Shown: positions 28,909 through 38,145 of the stretch, one piece after another | How the letters are laid out: every line of letters begins with the position of its first letter | Numbering within the stretch: the stretch's first letter is position 1 | From: a virus | DNA length: 64,000 nucleotides | Strand: one strand, 5' to 3' | IMG/VR virus record: IMGVR_UViG_3300032297_000368 | Location: 1-64,000 of that record | Made by a program: the position numbers and the translations under genes | Notes under the pieces: generated by a model | The model's database searches: none | The model's input: only the letters and a program-made list of their open reading frames with translations | What the model was told of the DNA's origin: nothing

Positions 28909-29286
28909 TTATATTGGAACAAAAACTCGTAAACCTCTATGTTTCGTAGCATAACTACCATCAGGTTTTACAACATAAACGGTAAAATAATCTAAAACAT
29001 CAATACCAGGAAGAGTAACATTTAATTCTTCTGAACTTACTACAGTTACAAGTGTAGCTGCTACATTGCCAACATAAACTAACATAGGCGAAGAATAATT
29101 ATCTCCTAATATTTTAATATAACCAGTTGACGATGGTGATATTCTACCTAATCCATTGTTAGCAAAAGCATTATCTGTAGTCCAAACAGAATACAATTTT
29201 GGTGGAAATGATGGTCGATTAGCATCATATCCTAGTTTAGCTAATGCTGCGTCATCGATATTATCAGCTGTTATTTTTTGTGTCAT
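28909..29286 (-). CDS. small IPT/TIG-domain virion protein
   Basis: N-terminus paralogous to the two downstream fibre genes. Confidence 0.7.
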   Translation of the reverse strand: MTQKITADNIDDAALAKLGYDANRPSFPPKLYSVWTTDNAFANNGLGRISPSSTGYIKILGDNYSSPMLVYVGNVAATLVTVVSSEELNVTLPGIDVLDYFTVYVVKPDGSYATKHRGLRVFVPI

Positions 29287-29543
29287 TTGTTTACTTCATC
29301 GAAAATTTTCTTCTGTTCAGCATACCATTCTTGCCATGCTTGCAGTTTAATACGAATCTCATAATAAGATTGACTATTATCTGCGGTGTTCTTGATTATC
29401 TCACTAATGTTCTTAGTATCTTCAGGAACTTTATTTAGAGTAGGTGCAGGTTGCATTAACTCTGGTGGTACTTCTGGAAACTTTTGTTTAACAGGTACAG
29501 CAACAGAACAACCGGCAAGTAATAAGATTAAAAGATATTTCAT
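29283..29543 (-). CDS. o-spanin (Rz1-like lipoprotein)
   Basis: LAGC lipobox, Pro-rich FPEVPPEL; follows the i-spanin. Confidence 0.8.
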   Translation of the reverse strand: MKYLLILLLAGCSVAVPVKQKFPEVPPELMQPAPTLNKVPEDTKNISEIIKNTADNSQSYYEIRIKLQAWQEWYAEQKKIFDEVNK

Positions 29544-29980
29544 TTTTGTGCCTCTAATGCCTTATTGTAAAACTTAATGGCTTCTGGCGTGAGAGAACAA
29601 TCTTTATCTATAACTTCTTTCTGTATTTCAATTTCTTTCTTAACCACATCAATATATTCTTTTTGTAGTTTAACTTTAGTTACAATCTTCTCTCTGATAA
29701 CTGTATTTACTTTAGCAGACTTTTCTTCTGCTATGGCAATCTTAGCCTCTAGTTCTTTAACACGAGCCTGCCATTTCTTTTCAACAGCAATACCACCAAA
29801 GAAATATATGGCACCAACCAACATTAGAATGCAAATGATTCTAATTGGTAATAAGTATTTACCAATGACTGGTATCTTAGATAGGAAATAAGTTGCGATT
29901 GTGCCAAAGAATCCTAGAACTAGGAATGTATTAGCAAGTGCAAGAAAAACCGAATCTGGTAAAAAATTAAGCAACCACAC
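29540..29980 (-). CDS. i-spanin (Rz-like)
   Basis: N-terminal TM helices, then coiled coil, late Cys. Confidence 0.78.
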   Translation of the reverse strand: MWLLNFLPDSVFLALANTFLVLGFFGTIATYFLSKIPVIGKYLLPIRIICILMLVGAIYFFGGIAVEKKWQARVKELEAKIAIAEEKSAKVNTVIREKIVTKVKLQKEYIDVVKKEIEIQKEVIDKDCSLTPEAIKFYNKALEAQK

Positions 29981-30182
29981 CTTTGCGCCTCATGTATGTA
30001 ATAAATGGATAAAGTTTTTTCTTCTTAACTCCAGGTTCACCATCTTTACCTACACCGGCGCCTGCTATATTTCCACCACTGATATTGTTTGTGGGAATTT
30101 CTTCTTGTTGTATTGGCTTGCAGACTTTATCGGTACTACACCAATAATATCCAACACCACATTCTTTTTTGAATTCGTTCAT
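29967..30182 (-). CDS. small hypothetical (head-internal-like) protein
   Basis: CGVGYYWC...C module, PTNN..GG.IAG...EPGV. Confidence 0.6.
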   Translation of the reverse strand: MNEFKKECGVGYYWCSTDKVCKPIQQEEIPTNNISGGNIAGAGVGKDGEPGVKKKKLYPFITYMRRKGVVA

Positions 30183-30571
30183 TTTATCTGCCTTAGAGTA
30201 TCTGCGATTTTCATGTCTATAGGTATATCGGAAGAGATTACATCTTGTCCTTTAATACCTCTGACTCGTTCCGGCATACAACTCAAAAACAACAAATATG
30301 TTTTTAAGATATCGTAATCTTCTTTAGGAACTTTAAAAAATAATAATCTAGTAGTAACTTCAACACCAAAAACATTATTCAAAATAATGAGATGATTAAG
30401 AACTAATTGTTCCCTCATCTCATCATATTTTTTGTACCGCTTAAAGAGTTTTTTAAGATAATTAAACCTTTTCATATCTTCTTTAAATTCACTCATTATG
30501 CAGTTTGGCTTGTCGTAAGCTTTAACTGCATAGAGTGTCACGTTCTCATTGGTCAAATTATCGAAATACAT
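30179..30571 (-). CDS. conserved T4-like phage hypothetical protein
   Basis: YDKPNC...EF.ED.KRF.Y, LNHLIILNNVFG motif. Confidence 0.75.
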   Translation of the reverse strand: MYFDNLTNENVTLYAVKAYDKPNCIMSEFKEDMKRFNYLKKLFKRYKKYDEMREQLVLNHLIILNNVFGVEVTTRLLFFKVPKEDYDILKTYLLFLSCMPERVRGIKGQDVISSDIPIDMKIADTLRQIK

Positions 30572-30963
30572 TAATCCTCGTCTTCATCCTCCGATACGAG
30601 GGAATTAATAGTATCTTCATCGCCAACTTGTGCATAGAAGTCATAATATCCTTCATCGGTAATATAATATATCACGTACAAATATATGATATGGTCTTCA
30701 TTATCATATTGTTTTAAATCGAAAGTGATTTCATCACCTTCTTGGTCGAAATCATACATGACAGGCATATCTAGTCCGAAACGATAAAGACATTTTCGAA
30801 TCTTTTGTATGCCTGCATGTACATCCATTATTAAACCATCAGATAATTCTCGGTTTAATAATGAATTAATTTCTCCAACGACCATTGGATTATCAATCGA
30901 AGAGGATGCACGTTGAGTCGGCTCATGTGCGTCATGAGCCTGACCTGTAATAATATTAGACAT
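30571..30963 (-). CDS. acidic hypothetical protein
   Basis: ORF track; coupled stop/start. Confidence 0.65.
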   Translation of the reverse strand: MSNIITGQAHDAHEPTQRASSSIDNPMVVGEINSLLNRELSDGLIMDVHAGIQKIRKCLYRFGLDMPVMYDFDQEGDEITFDLKQYDNEDHIIYLYVIYYITDEGYYDFYAQVGDEDTINSLVSEDEDED

Positions 30964-31763
30964 TAGTTGAGTTGTTCGTCATCAGCACCATCGCTAGTCA
31001 TAGAACGCATTGGAACTAAAGTTTCATACGTTACACGACCTGCACGACCGCCAGTACCTTCTATACGAAGATTCCAACCTGGTGTTACTCCGCCTTTACG
31101 ACCTTCAGCGCCAGTTAAAGATAAACTTACTTGAGTACCAACACCACCTGTACCACCAACTACAACAGCAGCAGTATTTGATTGATAGCCTTCGCCAGCA
31201 GCAGTCAATCGAGCTTTCAATAAATTGAAAGTTAAACTTGCAGTGAATCCTGTACCGCTACCAGTATTAGATGTGAATGGATTGTTAGTAACTGTAGGCA
31301 ATACTGTGTAATCGCCAGCAGTTGAAATTGAAACGCCAGTTACATTACCATTAGCATTTACAGAGGTAACTGTAAGAACTGCGGAAGTTCCTGTGCCGCC
31401 AGTAGCTGTAAAGGTATTACCAACAGCATAACCAGTACCATTTGCTGTAATTGCTGTGCCAGTTACACTAGCATTTGTAGCTACAGTTGCTTGTGAAGTA
31501 TTTGCACCAGTAATAGTAACTGTTGGTAATGCTGTGAAGCCAGAACCACCTGAAGTTACTGTAACGGATGCGATATTACCAGTAGTTACACCAGTAATTT
31601 CATCGGTAGAAATACCGAATAAACCTAATTCTATATTTGGAACATAACCACTAGCCGTAGTGTTGGCGTATAGTGTTGAACCGTTTGCAGAGACTCCTAA
31701 TCCACTAGCGACTGGTATGTTAGGCGCTGTATCGCTGGAATCTGTACTTTTATATAAAGACAT
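30963..31763 (-). CDS. virion structural protein (Thr/Gly-rich beta repeats)
   Basis: GSG(F/Y)T..PTV repeats; C-terminal PGW...GRAGRV.YETLV; late promoter upstream. Confidence 0.75.
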   Translation of the reverse strand: MSLYKSTDSSDTAPNIPVASGLGVSANGSTLYANTTASGYVPNIELGLFGISTDEITGVTTGNIASVTVTSGGSGFTALPTVTITGANTSQATVATNASVTGTAITANGTGYAVGNTFTATGGTGTSAVLTVTSVNANGNVTGVSISTAGDYTVLPTVTNNPFTSNTGSGTGFTASLTFNLLKARLTAAGEGYQSNTAAVVVGGTGGVGTQVSLSLTGAEGRKGGVTPGWNLRIEGTGGRAGRVTYETLVPMRSMTSDGADDEQLN

Positions 31764-31790
31764 CTTTTTCTCCTAATGAGTTATTGTTAT

Positions 31791-31798
31791 TATTTATA
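31791..31798 (-). promoter_or_regulatory. T4-type late promoter TATAAATA
   Basis: Exact consensus ~28 nt upstream of the ATG at 31763. Confidence 0.7.
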
Positions 31799-33293
31799 CG
31801 TTATCTACCTTTTGTACCTGAGAGTTTAATTCAGGTTCAGGTTCAAATTTGTCATTACCTTTGTTCTTTTCTTTTGCTTTCTTAACTGCTTCACGTACAA
31901 TTTGTGCTTTACGTGATTCTTGTATTTGCACAGATTCAGGCACGCAGTTTGGAACTTTCTTGCCACCCTTCTTTTTCATACCAACCATCTGGTAACCTTT
32001 CCAACAAGGGTCTTCACCTTTCATCTCATTAGCTTCAGAAACTTTAGCGGTTTGTTTCTTCATAGCACTTTTAGCCAAATCACGAGCACGAGACATTGGT
32101 GTATGTTTTGCACCTGACTTATCTGTTACAGTGCCGCCTGTAGATTTCTTGTAAGGAGGATCAAAAGGTGGTGAGTATTTTTGTTTCAAATACTTGTCAA
32201 CTTTGCGATCATATTCATCTTTAGGTTTCTTAGCAACAGGAGTGGCATTTGGAGAAGGAACAAATGAATTAACTGCTTCATCGATCTCACTCATCATATA
32301 GTTGGCAACTGTTGAAATGTAATCTTCAGCAAGAGTGATCTTAGATTGAACCCACTCAGGAAGATTATCATTATCTTCCAACATGTCATGTACTCTTTGA
32401 GCATTGTTGATAATACTTTGTAATTGACCACGAGCCATATCACCTTCGTAATCATACTCTGTTTTTTCTTTTGCTTCATTCAAGCCATATTTCTTCTTGT
32501 ACCAATCTGGTGTGCCAGACTTTTTACGGAAATAACGTACAGTTGCCGAATCATTTGCTTGGTCACGATATTTGTTTTCTGCTGTTGTATTGTGACCTTT
32601 CATCGCTTCTGCTGCCTTGTGTGCATCTTTAGCAATGTATTCTAATTCAGCATTAGTCTTTTTGTGATACTCATGGCCTTCTAATGGATGACGTTGTGAT
32701 TGGCGACCTTCTTCCAATTCAACTTCTTCATGTAAATCAGCATGGCATGATCTATTTGGGCAACGATCTACATGATTCTTGAAGTTTTTTGCATCATCAT
32801 GAGATTTAAATTTAAAGTAAGCACCTTTATCAGAAGCACCATCATATGTACCGCCATGTTTTTTAAGTCCAGATACTACATGTTCAGTATCTTTTGCATC
32901 AGGTTCATTACCATATTTACTACCATCACTTACGTGAACTAAATGTTCTTCTTCAAGAGATTCAACTTCTTCTTTCATTGCATCAATCTCTTTTTGCTTT
33001 TGTGCTGCCATTTGTTTGTAATGTGAAGGATCAGGTAAACCAGATGCCTTACGTCTTGCAGCATGTTCACGTGCTAAACGTTCAGCAGGAGATTCAGGAG
33101 GCATCTTAAAGTTTACTTTAATCTTAGCCTCTTGCATTGATCGTTTCTTCACATGATCTACTTGTTGCTGATATTCTTGTGAATCAACTGTATAATGCTC
33201 TTCATCATCCGTAGAACCTTTCGGTCCCTTGTCATGATTAGGATCCATTTTAGCAAAACGAATCGATTTAAATACTTTAGATGCCTTCTTCAT
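31794..33293 (-). CDS. modular charged protein, putative internal head protein
   Basis: Short modules separated by (L/I/V)xE sites; CWKGY...KKVPNCVPE module. Confidence 0.6.
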   Translation of the reverse strand: MKKASKVFKSIRFAKMDPNHDKGPKGSTDDEEHYTVDSQEYQQQVDHVKKRSMQEAKIKVNFKMPPESPAERLAREHAARRKASGLPDPSHYKQMAAQKQKEIDAMKEEVESLEEEHLVHVSDGSKYGNEPDAKDTEHVVSGLKKHGGTYDGASDKGAYFKFKSHDDAKNFKNHVDRCPNRSCHADLHEEVELEEGRQSQRHPLEGHEYHKKTNAELEYIAKDAHKAAEAMKGHNTTAENKYRDQANDSATVRYFRKKSGTPDWYKKKYGLNEAKEKTEYDYEGDMARGQLQSIINNAQRVHDMLEDNDNLPEWVQSKITLAEDYISTVANYMMSEIDEAVNSFVPSPNATPVAKKPKDEYDRKVDKYLKQKYSPPFDPPYKKSTGGTVTDKSGAKHTPMSRARDLAKSAMKKQTAKVSEANEMKGEDPCWKGYQMVGMKKKGGKKVPNCVPESVQIQESRKAQIVREAVKKAKEKNKGNDKFEPEPELNSQVQKVDNV

Positions 33294-33295
33294 GA

Positions 33296-34219
33296 TTAAT
33301 CCTCTTTAGCTCGTTTAGTAGCAGTTGCGTACATTACAGACTTAGCGTCTTTACCATAACGTTCTTTGAAACCTGAAAGACCTTTTTTCATTGACATAAC
33401 GATATCTTCTTTCTTTTTAGATTCTGAAGCAGTCAATGAACGTTCTTCGAGGGCTTCTAATTCTTCTTTAGTTAGTTTTTTTACAGCACGACCAATACCT
33501 TTTTCACGATTGGACATTCTGCGTTCACGATCTTCAAGGTCTTTATCTCTTTCTGGATCTTCACCTGGATCACCATACTGACGGTGTTCATCTTCACCAT
33601 GGTCAAAAGCATCATTTGATTGATCTTTAGCAGCTTTCTTTATATAAGAACCGAGAGTTGATTTTGCGAGTTCATCAAGTTGTTCAATATCTTCAACAAA
33701 AATTTCATCGAGAGCCTTGATACCTTGTTCATCAAGTTTCTTCAACATACTTGTGAAAGATTCTTTGTATAGTTTGGTATTGGTTCTACGTTTTTGATTA
33801 GCACCGTAAGTCTTACCTTTTTTACCAGTCTTCTCTTCGGTTTCATCTTCATCTTTGTAATTACGTTCGTGTTTTAAACCAGTGGCAGTCTTAGTAACTG
33901 TACCTTTGGTGTAATTACCCATTCTACGGTGTGCATCAGCAACTGTAGGAAATGCTTCATCGATTTCTTCAACTTCCTCTTTTACTTTTACATTGTACTC
34001 TTTACCACCTGGTCCGATATCAGCAGTTCTTACACCGATAGGTTTCTTGGTGCTAACAACAGCAGGCTTCTTAGCACGTAAAAGTTTAAAGTCATGAGAA
34101 TCAATTTTACCATTCTTGTTGGCATCAATTTTATGTTGATTGCCTTTCAGTTCTTCATCCATAACATGTTGTACTGCATCAGCTACACCTTTCAGTGTTT
34201 TGTCGTTATAAGTTGACAT
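33296..34219 (-). CDS. modular charged protein, putative internal head/core protein with EF-hand-like loop
   Basis: DANKNGKIDSHD loop; EIDE, QLDE, ALEE junctions; C-terminal VMYATATK module. Confidence 0.6.
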   Translation of the reverse strand: MSTYNDKTLKGVADAVQHVMDEELKGNQHKIDANKNGKIDSHDFKLLRAKKPAVVSTKKPIGVRTADIGPGGKEYNVKVKEEVEEIDEAFPTVADAHRRMGNYTKGTVTKTATGLKHERNYKDEDETEEKTGKKGKTYGANQKRRTNTKLYKESFTSMLKKLDEQGIKALDEIFVEDIEQLDELAKSTLGSYIKKAAKDQSNDAFDHGEDEHRQYGDPGEDPERDKDLEDRERRMSNREKGIGRAVKKLTKEELEALEERSLTASESKKKEDIVMSMKKGLSGFKERYGKDAKSVMYATATKRAKED

Positions 34220-34241
34220 GTGTTTCTCCTATTTTAATTTT

Positions 34242-34838
34242 TTAACCTATTGCTACTGAACTTGTTTCGTATGCACCACTAATGTCGAAGTGGCTAGTGT
34301 TTGCTGTTGCACTAACTGGTGTATTATATTTCCATGCCAAGTCTGTTGTGCTTCCTGAATAATACAATTTCATTGTTGTATTTGAATCTGGTGAAGAATC
34401 TTCTATATCTGTGATTCCTGCAATATGATATCTTGCATCTGTAGCTTCATTATGTAAAGTACCACCACGAATTGTTGTTGTAGCGGATACAGGGAAAGGT
34501 AATGTGATTTGATATTGGCTGTTTGCACCAAAATCGGTAGTATTTGCGAATTGCACATTCACTCTAAAGTGGACAATTAAACCCTGTTTAACAAATGAAC
34601 CAGTTGATACTGTACCCGATAATGTGTTACCTGACACTGTTTTGAATTCTGGGTCATATGATCTACTAACCGATGCAATACCAAATGCAATACCACCGGG
34701 AGTCTCACCATCAGAAAGTCGTATTGGTGTTGAACCGTCTTGATCGTAAAAAACTTCTCCTTTTCTACCAATATAATTATTGGCAGTTGTGTTGCCCATA
34801 GTATCAGTAAAAAATTTACGTGTTATGTTCGTTGTCAT
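34242..34838 (-). CDS. putative fibre/adhesin protein
   Basis: GE.FYD....RLSDGETPGG N-terminal motif; beta-rich C-terminus. Confidence 0.55.
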   Translation of the reverse strand: MTTNITRKFFTDTMGNTTANNYIGRKGEVFYDQDGSTPIRLSDGETPGGIAFGIASVSRSYDPEFKTVSGNTLSGTVSTGSFVKQGLIVHFRVNVQFANTTDFGANSQYQITLPFPVSATTTIRGGTLHNEATDARYHIAGITDIEDSSPDSNTTMKLYYSGSTTDLAWKYNTPVSATANTSHFDISGAYETSSVAIG

Positions 34839-34854
34839 TTTTTTATTCCTTTAA

Positions 34855-35157
34855 TTAACAATTCCATTTTCTCAACGATTTGTTGATACGTGAATCTGGA
34901 TCACGTGCTGTTTCAGCTGATGTTAGTTTATCTTTCATGCCTCGCATTCTACGGCAGAATGATAATCTACGTTTAGCTGACTTAGAACCTTTTTTTAATT
35001 TTGATGGATCTGTAGTAACAGCAGTTTGTAACTTGGAACCTGGATTTTCACGGCGATAAGATTCAACTCCTTTTTGGTTTAAACCACCTTCAGGATTTTT
35101 TCCTTCTTTACGCTGCCATGCCGCAGATTCGTTAATAAATTCTTTGAATGATATCAT
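34855..35157 (-). CDS. conserved small basic T4-like protein with capsid-targeting-like N-terminus
   Basis: MISFKEFINE; GGLN.KG, RR.SFC.RM, SRINKSLRKWNC. Confidence 0.75.
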   Translation of the reverse strand: MISFKEFINESAAWQRKEGKNPEGGLNQKGVESYRRENPGSKLQTAVTTDPSKLKKGSKSAKRRLSFCRRMRGMKDKLTSAETARDPDSRINKSLRKWNC

Positions 35158-37394
35158 ACGAATTTCTTAGCCTTAAAAGTTTGTAGGTTAATACCTTTAC
35201 GTTTCAGTTCACCTTCTTTTTGATCGCCAATACTCATAGTTGTTTCATCACCAGTCATCTCAGTAACTTGTGATGCCTTACCATCTTTCTTACGAATCTT
35301 TTCACCTGTATCACGAGCAATGCTTTCACCAGATGCCGCCATAGAAAGACCTGGTTCTATGTTCTTGTCTATGGATTCGGCGATTTTGGCTTTCTGCCTT
35401 TGCCTGATTTCGATGAGTGAGAGTTTTTCTCGTTGCTCGTTGTAGTTTTGTGGCTTGGCGATTTCGGTTTGTTTTGATACGTTTTCTTCGGGGTGTATGT
35501 CTTTTTTGGCTGGTCGATAGGCTTTAAATTTGGCTCTGATCGAGTCTGCTGCTGGGGTTGAGACGGTTGGATCGGTGTTGCTTCCGTCTGTTCCGTCTTC
35601 TTGAATAGTTTCTTTACGAAATCTAGCATCTTCATTCTCCTTTATTTTAACAATGTAGCCAGTTTTATGTTTCATCACTTCACCATTTTTTAGGTGAGCT
35701 TCTTTTGCTGCAGCTCTACGTAACATAAACACTCTCAATTTACCTTTACCATCACGTAGTAGTTTAACTTTTTCATCCAACAATTCAACATCTTCATCAA
35801 CAAACAATTCTTCAAACTCTTCATTAACTTTCTTTCTTGGTTTCTTTGTCATTGATGTACCTGGAGTTGGAACTGAACCTGCTTCTTTTGGATCTTCTTT
35901 TGGTATTTCAACCAACTTACCATTAACTGAATGATGTGTAACTTTACCATTTCTACCATAACGGCCAAATCCATAATAAGTTAATCCCATAGTATTCATC
36001 TTATCTTTATGTGGATTTTCTGGATGTGCAGCCATTGTTGTTTTACTTGGTGATGGTGCAGCAGACAATCTATCTTTACGTGACATCTCATGTGCAATCC
36101 ATTCTTCAGCCTTAGGATTGGCAGCAGGTTGTTGTGTGAATTCACGGACACTTTTGAAAATGTCCATCATCTCACCTTTCTTTTGTTTAACAACTTCGGG
36201 TGGTGCTGATCTTAAATCTTCCGAATTATCAAACTCATGGTAATTATCACCAAACATTTTAGCATATTCAGTACGAGCATTCTGTACGCTTTCCCATTTT
36301 TCACGGCGAATGTTTTCTGGTACAGTACGACCACCACGTTGTCCACGTTCAATGTTTCTCTGTTGCGAGACTTCATCTTTAGTATTAACTAGAACCATCT
36401 TGGAGTCATATCCAAGTTCTTCCAAACGTTTTTTGATCTTAGTAACTTTCTCTACATCATCACCTGTACCATTGATGATAAGACCATTTCTACCTAATAG
36501 TGCCAATCGTTGGCGCAATTCGGTCATACTCTTTGCTTTACCACGAACAAGATTTCTTTTCTCTTCTTCACTTGCCGGCATTTTCTTATCAAGACCATTT
36601 TTATCCATTAAGAATTCTAATGCCTTATCTGAATTGATCTCTGTCAATCCATGGCCTGATAGTGTGTTATCTAACACATAGTCTTTACCAGAACCAGGTC
36701 CCCCAGCAAGAAATACTACTTTAAAGATTGATTGATCGTGAACACCTTCATTCAATAAACTTTCAAACTTGGTGTTGATATCTTCATGTAAGCTCATACC
36801 TTTATGTACATCATGCATTAATTCTTTTGCATGTTTATCTGATACATGTGCAGGTACACCTTTACGGAAAGATTTGAAATCATTGTTCTTAACATGTTCA
36901 CGCATCTTTGTACCAGAAATGCCTGTATCACCTTCAGCATCCGGATCTCTTGTACCTGCGGAATGTATTGTGATCTTTTTGAAATGAAATGGTACTTTGC
37001 CTTCTTTGTTAGGTTTACCATTTAGTTCTTTGAATTTTTGTTTGTACTCGGGTACACGATCTGAACCTGCAACAACATGTAGATGTGTTACGCCACTCTT
37101 ATGCAATTCAGCGGCATGTGAGAAAATGGTAGGATTTTCTTTACTAGAGGCTTTTATGTTGGCACCTGGAGCATAACGCTTTAAATGCTTAACTTTTTGT
37201 TCGCCAGATAATGGATTCTTTTTAGAATCTTGTGAGTGAGATACAATCATATGATGTTCGCCACCTACGTCTTTGGCAACATCTTGCACCTTATTAATAA
37301 CTTTAAGGTGACCAGTGGTTGGTGGGTTCATACGACCGTAAGCTAATACGGCGTGTTTTTCTTTCTGTTCGACCAGAAAATCTTTGAAATTCAT
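35154..37394 (-). CDS. cytidylyltransferase-like (HxGH) domain fused to P-loop kinase (PNK/zeta-like) plus C-terminal modules
   Basis: GRMNPPTTGH, KKNPL, GSDR, SGTKMR; LAGGPGSGK, RNIER lid; N-terminus MNFKDFLVE. Confidence 0.85.
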   Translation of the reverse strand: MNFKDFLVEQKEKHAVLAYGRMNPPTTGHLKVINKVQDVAKDVGGEHHMIVSHSQDSKKNPLSGEQKVKHLKRYAPGANIKASSKENPTIFSHAAELHKSGVTHLHVVAGSDRVPEYKQKFKELNGKPNKEGKVPFHFKKITIHSAGTRDPDAEGDTGISGTKMREHVKNNDFKSFRKGVPAHVSDKHAKELMHDVHKGMSLHEDINTKFESLLNEGVHDQSIFKVVFLAGGPGSGKDYVLDNTLSGHGLTEINSDKALEFLMDKNGLDKKMPASEEEKRNLVRGKAKSMTELRQRLALLGRNGLIINGTGDDVEKVTKIKKRLEELGYDSKMVLVNTKDEVSQQRNIERGQRGGRTVPENIRREKWESVQNARTEYAKMFGDNYHEFDNSEDLRSAPPEVVKQKKGEMMDIFKSVREFTQQPAANPKAEEWIAHEMSRKDRLSAAPSPSKTTMAAHPENPHKDKMNTMGLTYYGFGRYGRNGKVTHHSVNGKLVEIPKEDPKEAGSVPTPGTSMTKKPRKKVNEEFEELFVDEDVELLDEKVKLLRDGKGKLRVFMLRRAAAKEAHLKNGEVMKHKTGYIVKIKENEDARFRKETIQEDGTDGSNTDPTVSTPAADSIRAKFKAYRPAKKDIHPEENVSKQTEIAKPQNYNEQREKLSLIEIRQRQKAKIAESIDKNIEPGLSMAASGESIARDTGEKIRKKDGKASQVTEMTGDETTMSIGDQKEGELKRKGINLQTFKAKKFV
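35369..35629 (-). CDS. putative overprinted gene in an alternative frame
   Basis: AAGGAG-N7-ATG; MLDFVKKLFKK amphipathic start plus K/P/Q-rich tail. Confidence 0.5.
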   Translation of the reverse strand: MLDFVKKLFKKTEQTEATPIQPSQPQQQTRSEPNLKPIDQPKKTYTPKKTYQNKPKSPSHKTTTSNEKNSHSSKSGKGRKPKSPNP

Positions 37395-37434
37395 GTCTGC
37401 CTCTACAGCAAAAAATATATTAAATTTTACTATC

Positions 37435-37441
37435 TATTTAG
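37435..37441 (-). promoter_or_regulatory. late promoter variant CTAAATA
   Basis: Also upstream of genes at 12288, 13962, 57314 and 60405; ATAAATA at 16095. Confidence 0.55.
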
Positions 37442-38145
37442 TATATTTCTACTTTTCCTGTACTGGCCATGGTGCCTTGGCAGTGAATATTTTCTAATTC
37501 TAACAGATATTTTTTGTCAATATTATACCAATGTGCATGTTCCGTGTCAACACCTTGCGTTTGTACATCGTTTAGATTTTTCTGGCAAACTTGCAGATAG
37601 TCGTCAAACAAAGATATACAGAAAGAAAACAATCTGGTAATTAGAAGATTCGAGTATATCTGTTGTCTCTTGTCCGTTATCCATGTTGGCATGGCTTTCT
37701 TGAACACATACTTACCAAACTTATCATGTTCTAGTGCATCGAATTGATCTAACAGGTTTGTACGTGCCGACAATTTAAAGATTCGTTTGACTGAACTTAA
37801 CTCTTTCATCAAATCCACATTACGTTTGAATATGATTAGAGTTTTAAGTATCAGTACATTTTCAGCCTCGCTCTTTCGACCTGTAGAAGCAAACTGTGTA
37901 ATATCAGGATCAGTTGACATATCTAATATCACATCACAATAATGTGCAATTCTATCGTAAGTTTCACGGTCAACTTTATTAGGAGAACCATCAGTAAATA
38001 CAATCATATCATGTGGACATTTTTCACGTAATGATTTAAGACCTTCTATTGTTTGTTGTAGTCGATCTTCATTGTTAATGACACCCATATTAGGATTCAA
38101 AGCAGATGTCACAATAAACAGATTTCTATTTAAAAGAATACTCAT
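37438..38145 (-). CDS. putative glycosyltransferase-like protein
   Basis: IVTSAL...R..QT, DGS, FKLSAR, D.EH motifs; inside the sugar island. Confidence 0.55.
   Translation of the reverse strand: MSILLNRNLFIVTSALNPNMGVINNEDRLQQTIEGLKSLREKCPHDMIVFTDGSPNKVDRETYDRIAHYCDVILDMSTDPDITQFASTGRKSEAENVLILKTLIIFKRNVDLMKELSSVKRIFKLSARTNLLDQFDALEHDKFGKYVFKKAMPTWITDKRQQIYSNLLITRLFSFCISLFDDYLQVCQKNLNDVQTQGVDTEHAHWYNIDKKYLLELENIHCQGTMASTGKVEIY

Noticed and set aside
35154-37394. Zeta toxin of an epsilon/zeta TA pair
   Set aside because: The kinase is fused within a larger late protein and no antitoxin is adjacent; a PNK-like role is at least as plausible.
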